From Sulfurovum sp. (lineage in GTDB: Bacteria > Campylobacterota > Campylobacteria > Campylobacterales > Sulfurovaceae), in the NCBI GenBank assembly GCA_002733355.1, contig NVVN01000004.1, positions 1 to 64,000 on the forward strand: DNA of 64,000 nt, given 5' to 3'. Below are positions 41,137-51,265 of the stretch, piece after piece (position 1 is the stretch's first letter; each line of letters begins with the position of its first letter). The notes beneath the pieces are model-generated. The model searched no databases. It was not told where the DNA came from and saw only the letters and a program-made list of their open reading frames with translations. The position numbers and the translations under genes were made by a program.

Positions 41137-43253
41137 AAATAGCTTTTGTCCTGTCGTCATTAGTGATAGGTCTGGTTCGTAAACTCTCAGGTGCGAATAT
41201 CACGATATCTGGGCATGAGCTACCAGAGTCGCCTGTNCTTTTTGTGGCGAATCATTTTACGCGTTTTGAGACTTTTGTGGTACCCCATATGTTGTATGAG
41301 ANGTATAGNCGAACTACNCGGTCATTGGCNGATGANTCACTTTTTGTTGGTTTTTTTGGAAAATACATGCGTTTGTTAGGGATAATTTCTACCAAACATA
41401 AAACACGTGACTGTATTATTGTTGAAGATTTACTTTCTGGAGCTTCAGATTGGGTGATTTATCCTGAAGGGTATATGGTGAAAAATAAACGTATNACNTT
41501 NGATAATGGAGAGTTTTGTACNCATTCACCAGAGTATGAAGGTCCCATACATACTGGTGCAGCAGTCATAGCATTGAAAGCAAAAATCCTTCAAGAAAGG
41601 GCACGTCAAAATCATGATGAAACATTAAAACATTTTTGTGGAAAAATGGATATCGATAGTACAAAACTTGATAAAAAATTATGCATTAAAGTAGTACCTA
41701 TTTCGATTACCTATTATCCAATACGTCCAGGACGCAACAAGTTGTTAAATTGGTTTGATAAAAAGATAAATCAGCGTGTCGTAAAGATATTTGAAGAACT
41801 TGAAATAGAGACTAATTTACTCATGAATGCACATATGAATATACGTTTTGGTAAGCCCATTGCATTGGACAACTATATGGATGAACTTTTAACAAATGAT
41901 AATGATATCTATGATGAGACGAAGGTGAATGCTTTTATAGATGCTAAACGCAAAGTTATCACTAATGATATGATGCAACGTGTTTATTCTCAAATGCAGA
42001 TACACTTTGATCATATGTTTATACTTTCGTTACTTACTATGCCCACAGTGAAAGTGTGCCCATCATATTTAAGAACGCTCATTTATAAAAATGCACGNNC
42101 GCTTCGAGAACTTNCTGATTATAATGTACACAAAGAGNTACAAAAGGAACTCTTTAAACTCATCATTGATGATGAGTATGAACCTTTTGTCTCTGCTATA
42201 GATTTGGCTGTGAGACAAAACATACTCTATAAAGATAGTGACGGCGAATATTTATTTGATAGGAGTCTGCTTGAAAAAGAGTACCCTTTCCATCAAATAA
42301 GAGTTAAAAATACCTTACAAGTTATATTGAATGAGATAAAGTGGCAAGATGCTATTGTACAAATGGCAGAGGCAAATAGTAAATATACAGAAAAAGAGTT
42401 ACGAGAAGATAATTTTAAACATTTATCTCAAAGTGAATGGATTGCTTTTGAAGAAGAATATAGACAATACCTTGGGCATGCACCAGATAAAAATGATAAA
42501 GGTGCTCCCATTATACTATATGATGAAAACAATGATATAGGTCTGGTTTTTTCACATGGATACATGGCAGCACCCAAAGAGATAGAGACTTTAGCTGCAT
42601 ACTTATTTGAAAGAGGTATCAATGTTTATGTTCCAAGGTTAAGTGGGCATGGGACTGATCCGAAAGCTTTGATGCATATCAGTAAAGACGATTGGGAGAC
42701 AGATTTTGAACGTGGATTTACTGCTATGAGACAGGTATGTACAAAGGTGTTTATAGGGGGATTCTCAACAGGAGGACTTTTAGCGCTCATTCATGCTGCC
42801 CAATATAAAGCAGAGGGTGTTATTGTGCTGAATTCTGCTTTACGATTACATGACTTACGGGTAAGTTATGTAGTTCCCACACTACATTTTTTTAATGAGA
42901 TGATATCACATCTCCATGCTAAAGGTATTTTAGAGTGGATAGATAATTCAGAAACGGAACAACCAAAGGTCAATTACCTTAAACATCCTTTGGCATCTGT
43001 TTATCAAATGGAAAAACTAATGTCAAAAGTGAGTAAAACCCTCCCTAAGGTTACTGCCCCCATACTCATCATCCAAGGAGACAATGACCCTGTGGTCAAA
43101 CGTGAAAGTGCGAAGCTTATCTATGATGCCGTAAGTTCAAAGGACAAGAAATTGTTAGTACTACCAAGGGAGCGACATAGCATCTTAGCAGATGAAAAAT
43201 TTGACGAGATTTTTGAAGCTGTGCATGGGTTTATAGTGGCACATACTAGGTAA
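41133..43253 (+). CDS. fusion of PlsC-like acyltransferase and alpha/beta-hydrolase (esterase/lipase)
   Basis: FVANHFTRFE and IYPEG (acyltransferase blocks); SHG, GHGT, GFSTGG nucleophile elbow, QGDND, RH. Confidence 0.8.
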   Translation: MKIAFVLSSLVIGLVRKLSGANITISGHELPESPXLFVANHFTRFETFVVPHMLYEXYXRTXRSLXDXSLFVGFFGKYMRLLGIISTKHKTRDCIIVEDLLSGASDWVIYPEGYMVKNKRXXXDNGEFCXHSPEYEGPIHTGAAVIALKAKILQERARQNHDETLKHFCGKMDIDSTKLDKKLCIKVVPISITYYPIRPGRNKLLNWFDKKINQRVVKIFEELEIETNLLMNAHMNIRFGKPIALDNYMDELLTNDNDIYDETKVNAFIDAKRKVITNDMMQRVYSQMQIHFDHMFILSLLTMPTVKVCPSYLRTLIYKNAXXLRELXDYNVHKEXQKELFKLIIDDEYEPFVSAIDLAVRQNILYKDSDGEYLFDRSLLEKEYPFHQIRVKNTLQVILNEIKWQDAIVQMAEANSKYTEKELREDNFKHLSQSEWIAFEEEYRQYLGHAPDKNDKGAPIILYDENNDIGLVFSHGYMAAPKEIETLAAYLFERGINVYVPRLSGHGTDPKALMHISKDDWETDFERGFTAMRQVCTKVFIGGFSTGGLLALIHAAQYKAEGVIVLNSALRLHDLRVSYVVPTLHFFNEMISHLHAKGILEWIDNSETEQPKVNYLKHPLASVYQMEKLMSKVSKTLPKVTAPILIIQGDNDPVVKRESAKLIYDAVSSKDKKLLVLPRERHSILADEKFDEIFEAVHGFIVAHTR

Positions 43254-43335
43254 GTCTTAGCATCACACACAAGTTCTAAATAAAAACGCTTTTAGCTATA
43301 ATCATCATACAAAGTGCAAAATAGTAAGAGGGTGT

Positions 43336-43830
43336 ATGATGAGCGAGATTGTGATTTATGAAGATGGGGATATAGAGTTGTCTATTTCTTTTGATAACGA
43401 GGAGTTTTGGTTGTCTCAATCTGACCTAGTAAGGTTATTTGAAAAAGACCAATCTGTAATCTCCAGACATATCAATAAAATTTTTAAAGATAAAGAAGTA
43501 GATAGAAAAAGCAATATGCAAAAAATGCATATTGCAAATTCTGATAAACCAGTGAATTTATATAGTCTTGATATGGTTTTAGCAGTAGGCTACAGAACTA
43601 ATTCGGCTAAGGCTATCACGTTTAGACAGTGGGCAACTTCTATACTTAAAGAACACCTTATCCAAGGCTATAGCCTCAACCAAAAACGATTAGCACAAAA
43701 AGGCATGAAAGAGTTTCAAGAAGCCATNGCANTACTNGAGACTACTATAAANCAAGANACTTTGGCATGTGATGAGGCTAAAGGTTTACTAGATGTCATT
43801 GTAGGTTATGGTGAAGTGAAAGNTGCATAG
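43336..43830 (+). pseudogene. rhuM: RhuM-family (RhuM/Fic-type) protein, apparently C-terminally truncated
   Basis: WLSQ..L..LF....S.ISRHI..IF, Y.LD...AVGYR.NS.....FRQWAT..LKE.L..GY..N..RL; ends abruptly before any Fic/DOC domain. Confidence 0.65.
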
Positions 43831-43978
43831 AGCAATGAAAGAAAGATATAGTGACTACTTTTACTCCTTACATGTTAATTTTAACAAAAATTGACATTTT
43901 TTGCGTATACTTTAAGTAATAAAAATCTTATAGAAGTGACTAACGAAATCTATTAGATACTTGATTGGACTAAAATAA

Positions 43979-45784
43979 ATGAATAATGTGAAAGATATAT
44001 TTAATTCTCTTCGTAATGAGTATATGATTATCGGTTTAACGGGAGCGATTGGTAGTGGGNGTACTTCAGGAGCAGAATTTTTATCTCAAGAGAAACTCGA
44101 TAGTGATAAATTAATCAATAGTCTCCAAAATAAAGATGAGTTTTCTACTGATTATCGTAGAAGTAAAATTTTAAAAGATGCTTGCCATAGATATGGATGG
44201 AATCGGTTTTATCATATAAAAGTATCAAATATTTTATTTTTTATTTTAATCACTTCTCTTAGCAAGATTAAAAAAAATAGAGAAAGTATAGTTGATAATA
44301 CGATATTAGATGACATTAAGCTTAGTGATATTTTTAAAGAAAAAAACAAACCTACACCCGATGATGTAAATAGTTTAGTAGATACTTGTGATAAATTATC
44401 TAAGAATATCAAAGAAAAAGTTTATTTGAATAATGATGAAAAGAATACAGACAATAGTTTAAATGTCATAGATGATTTTATCAATAATTATGTTGATAAG
44501 GAAAATGAGAAGTATACTGTATTGTTTCAAAAAATAGGTCAATCTATTCGTGATAATGGAAATATTTTTGAAAGTAGCTCATCTGCTTCTGATATAGTTA
44601 CATTATATAATTTCGATGATAGTATGAAAAATATCCCCGTATTGTTTATTGCAAAAATTATTAGAGAGATTATTAAGTTGTTGGATGAAAGGCAATCAGT
44701 TCAAGATGGTGAGGATAGGAAATTTTATGTTATTGATGCTCTTAGGAACACATATGAAATTGAGTTCTTTAAAAATAGATACAGTTCGTTTTACCTATTA
44801 TCTATATTAGCAAGCCAAAATATTCGTTCTGAAAGATTAAGAAAAGATTTTAAGTTTTCAAAAAAAACATTAGAAGAAGTAAGCTCTTTTGAAAAAAATA
44901 GCAAAGATATTTCTTCCCAAGATATAGATACATGTATTGGAAAAGGTGATATTTTCATTAACAATGATGTGAATGAACCAAGTAAACATTCATTGCATTT
45001 TCAATTATTGAAATATATTTTTTTAATAAAATCCCCTGGTATGTTTACTCCGACAGAAGATGAAAAGTATATGCAGGTTGCATTTACTGCTAGATATAAT
45101 TCAGGTTGTATATCAAGACAAGTAGGGGCAGTTGTTGTTGGTCATGATGGATACATAAGAGGCTTAGGTTGGAATGATGTACCAGAAGGACATATATCAT
45201 GTTTATATAGAACACCTAATGATTTATTAAATAATGCTCAAAATATGATATTTAGCGAATATGAACGTAGTACAGATTTTTTTGATGAAATTAATAAACT
45301 AGAACCCTCTAAGAAAAACTTTCCTTTTTGTTTTAAAGACATACGTANTGGTATTGAAAAAAATATAGAAATAAAGAAACTATCTTCAATAGATGAATTA
45401 AAAAATAATCCAGACCTAATAAAGCAAATTTCAGAGACTATAAAGATAAAAAATCCTACTCGCGAAAGAGCATTACATGCTGAAGAAAATGCATTTTTGC
45501 AAGTCTCTAAATCGGGTGGGCAAAGTGTATCCAATGGTACGCTATTTACAACAGATTCACCTTGTCAATTGTGTGCTAAAAAAGCAATGCAATTAAAGAT
45601 ATCTAGAATAGTTTATATAGATGCATATAGTGATATTTCAACAGACCAAACATTGAAAGCAGGAAAAAAAGAAAAGTACCCCGATATGGAAATGTTTAGT
45701 GGTGCAATAGGTACAGCATATCATAGGCTATATATACCGATTATTGGTTTAAAGGATATGTTTAAAAAAATGAGTGAAGAATAG
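43979..45784 (+). CDS. anti-phage dCTP deaminase (AvcD/Dcd-like; P-loop kinase plus deaminase)
   Basis: IIGLTGAIGSGxT P-loop, IDALRN..E, SGCISRQVGA, GWNDVP, RALHAEENA, TTDSPCQLC; AT-rich. Confidence 0.88.
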   Translation: MNNVKDIFNSLRNEYMIIGLTGAIGSGXTSGAEFLSQEKLDSDKLINSLQNKDEFSTDYRRSKILKDACHRYGWNRFYHIKVSNILFFILITSLSKIKKNRESIVDNTILDDIKLSDIFKEKNKPTPDDVNSLVDTCDKLSKNIKEKVYLNNDEKNTDNSLNVIDDFINNYVDKENEKYTVLFQKIGQSIRDNGNIFESSSSASDIVTLYNFDDSMKNIPVLFIAKIIREIIKLLDERQSVQDGEDRKFYVIDALRNTYEIEFFKNRYSSFYLLSILASQNIRSERLRKDFKFSKKTLEEVSSFEKNSKDISSQDIDTCIGKGDIFINNDVNEPSKHSLHFQLLKYIFLIKSPGMFTPTEDEKYMQVAFTARYNSGCISRQVGAVVVGHDGYIRGLGWNDVPEGHISCLYRTPNDLLNNAQNMIFSEYERSTDFFDEINKLEPSKKNFPFCFKDIRXGIEKNIEIKKLSSIDELKNNPDLIKQISETIKIKNPTRERALHAEENAFLQVSKSGGQSVSNGTLFTTDSPCQLCAKKAMQLKISRIVYIDAYSDISTDQTLKAGKKEKYPDMEMFSGAIGTAYHRLYIPIIGLKDMFKKMSEE

Positions 45785-45835
45785 TTGTAGTATATAGATT
45801 TTTAATACTACAAAATACAATAGCAAGGAACCTAT

Positions 45836-46300
45836 ATGACCCACCCCTGCCACTGCAAGTCAAACAAACCATTCTCCCAATGCTGCGAACCATTCTTGAG
45901 AGTACTAGACGTACCTAGCACAGTAGAGCAGCTGATGCGGTCACGCTACTCGGCATACTGCTTAGGTGATGTGAATTATTTGCAGGCTACTACCCATGAC
46001 CATACTTGGAGTGATGAAGAGCTAAAGTTTATACAAGACTGGGCTGACAATAGTACTTGGCAGCACCTAGATGTAGTACAGAGTAGCGAGGATATGGTGG
46101 AGTTTAAAGCCTATTATGTCTTCGAGGGTAAACAGCATATGCACCATGAAAAGTCTATTTTTTTAAAGGTAAACGATATGTGGAAGTATGTAGATGGTGA
46201 AGTGTATGAGGACAAGGTGGAGTTTTTACGTAACTCTCCATGTGTCTGTGGAAGTGGAGATAAATATAAACGTTGTTGTTTCAAAAAACTTACGAAGTAG
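45836..46300 (+). CDS. YchJ-family protein with SEC-C motifs
   Basis: CHCKS....CC, LMRSRYSAY, VEFKA.Y, HEKS.F....W.YVDG, RNSPCVCGSG.KYKRCC. Confidence 0.9.
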   Translation: MTHPCHCKSNKPFSQCCEPFLRVLDVPSTVEQLMRSRYSAYCLGDVNYLQATTHDHTWSDEELKFIQDWADNSTWQHLDVVQSSEDMVEFKAYYVFEGKQHMHHEKSIFLKVNDMWKYVDGEVYEDKVEFLRNSPCVCGSGDKYKRCCFKKLTK

Positions 46301-46307
46301 TAAGCGT

Positions 46308-47534
46308 CTATTTTTTGTTTTTTTCTGCTATCCACTGAGACATGTACTTTGTACTCATCATGCTGTGGTGTTTGAGCATGGCTCCTGTGAAGTTGTTTAG
46401 GCGGTGTTGGGTTAGGTTATTTTCAACATCACGTATTTTACTTATGAGTGCTTTACCTAAGACTTTGTCATCATAGTGTGTATGTAAAAGTGCTGTGCCA
46501 TGCTCTTGGGCTTTAGTCCATGCTTTTTCGTCTTGGTAGAGTGTGACTGCAGCCGTTACAAATGTCTCTACATCATCTGCGATGGCTCCTCCCCAAGGTT
46601 CATTTTCGATACACATGCCTTCACTGCCTAGTGAGCTTGTGATGCTCGGGGTTTGGGCTTTCATCGCGTCTAGGAGTTTTCCTTTTATGCCTGCCCCAAA
46701 ACGTATGGGTGCTAGGCATATGCGTGCGTTTTGCATGACCTCAAAAGCATCTTCTGCCCAGCCTTTTATGTGAAAACCCGTTTTAGGGTTGTGTAGAGCA
46801 GTAGCTTTAGGGGGAGGATAGGAGCCGTAGATGTGTAGTTGGGCTAGAGGGAGTTGTTTGCGTATGCGAGGCCAGAGTTCTTGTAGGTGTAAGACCACAT
46901 CCCAGTTAGGGGCATGACGAAAGTTACCTATGGTCATAAAGTGTTGACGCTGGGCAAATGTTTTTGTACNCTTTGGTANTTTGGNNAAATCCACCATAAA
47001 AGGTAAGTGCTGNAGTAAAGAAGCATCNATGTTAAATGTANCTTGCAGTAAGTCCATTTCATAAGAAGAGATGATGAGTGAGATGTCNGAGCGTAAAATN
47101 CTTGCTATCTCACGTTTGGCTATGTCTGAATGTAAATCTTCTTTTGTCATGTTACGTTTTGCTTTATGGGCTTGATGTCTGGCGTGACGTAGGCACTGGA
47201 GGTCTTCGGTGTCGAGTATTTTGAGGGCATTGGGACAGTGTTTTTCTACCCTCCATCCAAACTGCTCTTCCATCATAAAACGGTCAAAAAGTACCATGTC
47301 AGGCTCATAGGCTTTTATGTAGGCATCAAAACTGTCACAGTTTAGGGTGATGCTTTTTGTGCTTATGCCTTCCTTTGTTAAGTCTATGGCATGTTCAGAT
47401 GTTTGAGCAGGTGTGGCAAACTCTACTTGCCAACCTTGGGTTTTAAAAAGTCTTAAAATAGACATCATATGAGAGCCTGCAGCAGAAGAGTTGGGTTCAG
47501 GCCATACGTAGCCGATGATGAGTATTTTTTTCAT
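46308..47534 (-). CDS. glycosyltransferase (GT-B fold, family 4-like)
   Basis: WPEPNSSAAG, FDRFMMEEQFGWRV, IGNFRHAPN, APIRFGAGIKGK. Confidence 0.82.
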   Translation of the reverse strand: MKKILIIGYVWPEPNSSAAGSHMMSILRLFKTQGWQVEFATPAQTSEHAIDLTKEGISTKSITLNCDSFDAYIKAYEPDMVLFDRFMMEEQFGWRVEKHCPNALKILDTEDLQCLRHARHQAHKAKRNMTKEDLHSDIAKREIAXILRXDISLIISSYEMDLLQXTFNXDASLXQHLPFMVDXXKXPKXTKTFAQRQHFMTIGNFRHAPNWDVVLHLQELWPRIRKQLPLAQLHIYGSYPPPKATALHNPKTGFHIKGWAEDAFEVMQNARICLAPIRFGAGIKGKLLDAMKAQTPSITSSLGSEGMCIENEPWGGAIADDVETFVTAAVTLYQDEKAWTKAQEHGTALLHTHYDDKVLGKALISKIRDVENNLTQHRLNNFTGAMLKHHSMMSTKYMSQWIAEKNKK

Positions 47535-47623
47535 TCAATTATTTTATCTAAATTTAAAATTATGTAAGTCAATATTTTGTCAAGTTTTGCTATATTAGAA
47601 GTAATATACGCAAAAGGTTATGC

Positions 47624-50600
47624 ATGTCAGAAGAACCCAAAGTAAAACCACAGTTTACCCACCTCCACCTACATACAGAATACTCCATGCTTGACGGTGC
47701 AAACAAGATAAAAGCACTGGCTAAAAAGGTAAAAGAGCAGGGCATGACCTCTGTGGCTATGACGGACCATGGCAATCTTTTTGGGTGTATTGACTTTTAT
47801 AATACTATGCGAAAAGAAGGTATCAAACCTATCATTGGGATGGAAGCCTATGTGCACAACCAAGAAGAGCTAGATGACAAGTCTGTACGTCAGCGTTTTC
47901 ACCTTTGTCTGTATGCGAAAAATGATGTGGGTTATAAAAATCTCATGTATCTTTCTTCTCAGGCATACATAAAAGGTTTTTACTATTACCCCCGAATCAA
48001 TTGGGAACTGCTTAAAAATAATTGTGAGGGGCTTATTTGTTCAAGTGCATGTTTACAAGGTGAGATAAACTGGCAGTTAAATTTGAGTGAACGTAACATC
48101 AAATTTGGTGCAAAAGGTTATGATGAAGCAAAAAAAGTAGCCTTACGTTACCAAGAAGTATTTGGCGATGACTTTTACCTAGAACTTATGCGTCATGGCA
48201 TAGGTGATCAACACCGTATAGACAAGCAAATCATACAGATTAGCCAAGAAACAGGCATCAGGATAGTCGCTACCAACGACACGCACTATACAGAACAAAA
48301 AGACGCAGATGCACATGAGGCATTTATGTGTATTGCGATGAACAAACTTTATGATGACCCCAACCGTATGCGTCACTCAGTGCATGAGTTTTATGTAAAG
48401 TCACCAGAACAGATGGCAGCACTTTTTGCAGACATTCCTGAAGCCATAGAAGCCACCCAAGAGATAGCAGATAAATGTAACTTAGAGATAAAATTGGGCA
48501 ACCCAACACCACCCAACTTTAAGTTTGCCAGAGAACACGCAAAAGAGTCAAATATAACTTTGCCTAACCCAGATGTAGAGTATTCGTTAGAAAATGACAT
48601 CATACTCTTTGTAGAGCAGTCCAAAAGAGGATTAGAAGAGCGTCTTAAAATTGTACCCAGTGAAAAACATGAAGAATACAGAGATAGGTTACAAGTAGAA
48701 ATGGACATCATAAACAATATGAAGTTCCCAGGCTATATGCTCATCGTATGGGACTTCGTGGACGCAGCAAAAAAGATGGATATACCTGTGGGCCCTGGTC
48801 GTGGGTCAGCGGCTGGTTCATTGGTAGCATATTCTTTAGGTATTACAGATATTGACCCTATACCGTATGGATTACTTTTTGAGAGGTTTTTGAACCCTGA
48901 ACGTATCTCTATGCCAGATATTGACATGGACTTCTGTCAAGCACGCCGTCAAGATATACTTGACTATGTGGTAGAAAAATATGGGCGTGTGAATGTAGCT
49001 CAGATTATTACTTTTGGTAAATTACTGGCAAAAGGGGTGATACGGGACGTTGCACGTGTACTAGACATGCCTTACTCAAAAGCAGATGCAATGGCAAAGC
49101 TTATACCTGATGAACTTGGTATAGACCTCAAGGGCTCATATGAAAAAGAGCCGAAGATTAAAGCACTTTTAGAGTCGGATCCACAAGCAAAACGTGTATG
49201 GGAATATGCACTAGCACTTGAGGGACTAAACCGTAATGCGGGTACACACGCAGCAGGTGTGGTGATAAGCAACGAACCGTTATGGCTAAAAACCCCTCTG
49301 TTTAAACCTACAGGACTAGATACGTTGGCAACACAGTACTCTGGTAAGTATGTGGAAGACGTAGACCTTATAAAGTTTGACTTCTTGGGACTTAAGACAC
49401 TCACCGTTATAGATGAAGCACTAAAACTCGTAGAACGTCGTCATGGTAAACGTATCAAATTTGTAGATGAAAACATCGAAGACCCAGAAGTCTATAAATA
49501 TATAAGTAAAGGTGATACGCTTGGACTTTTTCAGATAGAGTCCGCAGGTATGCAAGACTTAGCGAAAAGCTTGAAACCTGATGGCTTTGAAGATATCATT
49601 GCGATGTTAGCACTCTATCGTCCTGGACCTATGGAGTCTGGAATGCTCAATGACTTTGTGGAGCGTAAGCATGGACGTGCAGAGATTACGTATGCATTCC
49701 CAGAACTTGAGCCTATACTAAAACCTACTTATGGAGTTATCGTCTATCAAGAACAGGTTATGCAGATAGTACAGACCATAGGTGGATTTAGNCTTGGTGG
49801 TGCAGACTTGGTGCGTAGAGCCATGGGTAAAAAGATTAAAGCAGAGATGGATAAGCTTCAAGGTGAGTTTGCAGAAGGTGCAGCAAAAAAAGGTTTTGAC
49901 AGACAAAAAGCCTTTGACTTGTTTGACCTCATTGTAAAGTTTGCAGGCTATGGTTTTAACAAATCACACTCTGCTGCGTATGCGATGATAACTTTTTATA
50001 CCTCCTACCTTAAATACTACTATCCTACAGAATTTATGGCGGCTATCTTAACACTCGAAAAGAACAACACAGACAAGGTGGTTAAGTATGTCGATGAGGT
50101 AAAGAAGATGGGCATGAAGCTTTTGCCTCCTGACATCAACAAATCTGGGCTTGTCTTTGAGGCACGTAACATAGACGGCGAAGAAGTGGTTATGTTTGGT
50201 ATGGGTGCCATTAAAGGGGCAGGCGACATTGCTATAAACACTATGCTTGAAGCCAGAGGAGATGTAGAGTTTAAAGATTTTTCTGATTTTGTTTCACGTA
50301 TAGACTCTTCTAAGGTCAATAAAAGGGTCATAGAATCTCTTGTTAAAGCAGGGGGCTTTGATAGCTTTGGTTACAGTAGAAAAGCCATGCTGTCTCAACT
50401 TGAAGAGATTGTAGATATGGCAAAGAAAGCTGGAGAAGCCAAAAAGCAAGCAGTGAATTCTCTTTGGGGTGAAGATGAAGAGTTGACCTCTGTAACCTTA
50501 GAACTTACAGATATGCAAGAGTTTGAAGCTATGGAAATATTGGAGATGGAAAAAGAATCTTTAGGCTTTTATGTGTCTGGACACCCTTTAGACAAATACC

Positions 50601-51193
50601 GTGAAGCACTAGATGGCATCAGCTACACTTTAAGCTCAGAGATAGACGACTTAGCCGATGGCTCACAAGCTATGTTTATAGGTAAAATAGAAAACATCAC
50701 TGAGAAAATTTCTAAGAAGGGCAACAAGTTTGGTATTGCTAATATCATGGATTTACACGGGAACATAGAGCTTATGCTTTTTGAAAACCGTCTCAAAGAA
50801 CTTGAAGAAGACTTTGACCTCACTAAACCCATAGCCTTTAAAGTAAAAATCACTAAAGATCGTGACTTTACACGTATGAACATCCTTAAAATCTCCAACA
50901 TAAAAGATGCTAAAAAGACTAAAGTAAAAGTAGAAAAAGAGGTGAAACATGTACCAGAGCCAGACCTTCCACCACTCATACTGTCTTTAAATCTCATGCC
51001 AGATTCAAAGACAGTAGAAGATCTAATGTGTTTAGTAGAACGCTACCCTGGGAAACGACCTTTGGAGCTACACATTAAGTCCAAATTGGCAGATGTTATT
51101 ATAGAAAGTAAATTGAAAGTAAGTGAATTGATTCTTGAAGAAGCAAAAGAACTAGGGGTATATTTAGAAGAGAGTTTATCTGTAGGAGAGTAG
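47624..51193 (+). CDS. dnaE: DNA polymerase III alpha subunit
   Basis: HLHLHTEYSMLDG PHP domain, GRGSAAGS, PDIDMDF, HAAGVV, KFDFLGL, GFNKSH; no intein-sized insert. Confidence 0.98.
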   Translation: MSEEPKVKPQFTHLHLHTEYSMLDGANKIKALAKKVKEQGMTSVAMTDHGNLFGCIDFYNTMRKEGIKPIIGMEAYVHNQEELDDKSVRQRFHLCLYAKNDVGYKNLMYLSSQAYIKGFYYYPRINWELLKNNCEGLICSSACLQGEINWQLNLSERNIKFGAKGYDEAKKVALRYQEVFGDDFYLELMRHGIGDQHRIDKQIIQISQETGIRIVATNDTHYTEQKDADAHEAFMCIAMNKLYDDPNRMRHSVHEFYVKSPEQMAALFADIPEAIEATQEIADKCNLEIKLGNPTPPNFKFAREHAKESNITLPNPDVEYSLENDIILFVEQSKRGLEERLKIVPSEKHEEYRDRLQVEMDIINNMKFPGYMLIVWDFVDAAKKMDIPVGPGRGSAAGSLVAYSLGITDIDPIPYGLLFERFLNPERISMPDIDMDFCQARRQDILDYVVEKYGRVNVAQIITFGKLLAKGVIRDVARVLDMPYSKADAMAKLIPDELGIDLKGSYEKEPKIKALLESDPQAKRVWEYALALEGLNRNAGTHAAGVVISNEPLWLKTPLFKPTGLDTLATQYSGKYVEDVDLIKFDFLGLKTLTVIDEALKLVERRHGKRIKFVDENIEDPEVYKYISKGDTLGLFQIESAGMQDLAKSLKPDGFEDIIAMLALYRPGPMESGMLNDFVERKHGRAEITYAFPELEPILKPTYGVIVYQEQVMQIVQTIGGFXLGGADLVRRAMGKKIKAEMDKLQGEFAEGAAKKGFDRQKAFDLFDLIVKFAGYGFNKSHSAAYAMITFYTSYLKYYYPTEFMAAILTLEKNNTDKVVKYVDEVKKMGMKLLPPDINKSGLVFEARNIDGEEVVMFGMGAIKGAGDIAINTMLEARGDVEFKDFSDFVSRIDSSKVNKRVIESLVKAGGFDSFGYSRKAMLSQLEEIVDMAKKAGEAKKQAVNSLWGEDEELTSVTLELTDMQEFEAMEILEMEKESLGFYVSGHPLDKYREALDGISYTLSSEIDDLADGSQAMFIGKIENITEKISKKGNKFGIANIMDLHGNIELMLFENRLKELEEDFDLTKPIAFKVKITKDRDFTRMNILKISNIKDAKKTKVKVEKEVKHVPEPDLPPLILSLNLMPDSKTVEDLMCLVERYPGKRPLELHIKSKLADVIIESKLKVSELILEEAKELGVYLEESLSVGE

Positions 51194-51265
51194 AGACAAT
51201 ACACCTAAATTACACATAAGAAGAATATAATCATTCTATAATTTTGTCTTTAATTTGGAGGTCAA

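Noticed and set aside
38564..43960. Similar strings GTGACTAAC..TATTAG..ATAC upstream of mrr (38564) and of the dCTP deaminase (43936)
   Set aside because: Only two copies, different spacing, and opposite orientation relative to their genes; chance in AT-rich DNA cannot be excluded.
47624..51193. Intein in dnaE
   Set aside because: Length is normal and no splice-junction or homing-endonuclease motifs are visible.
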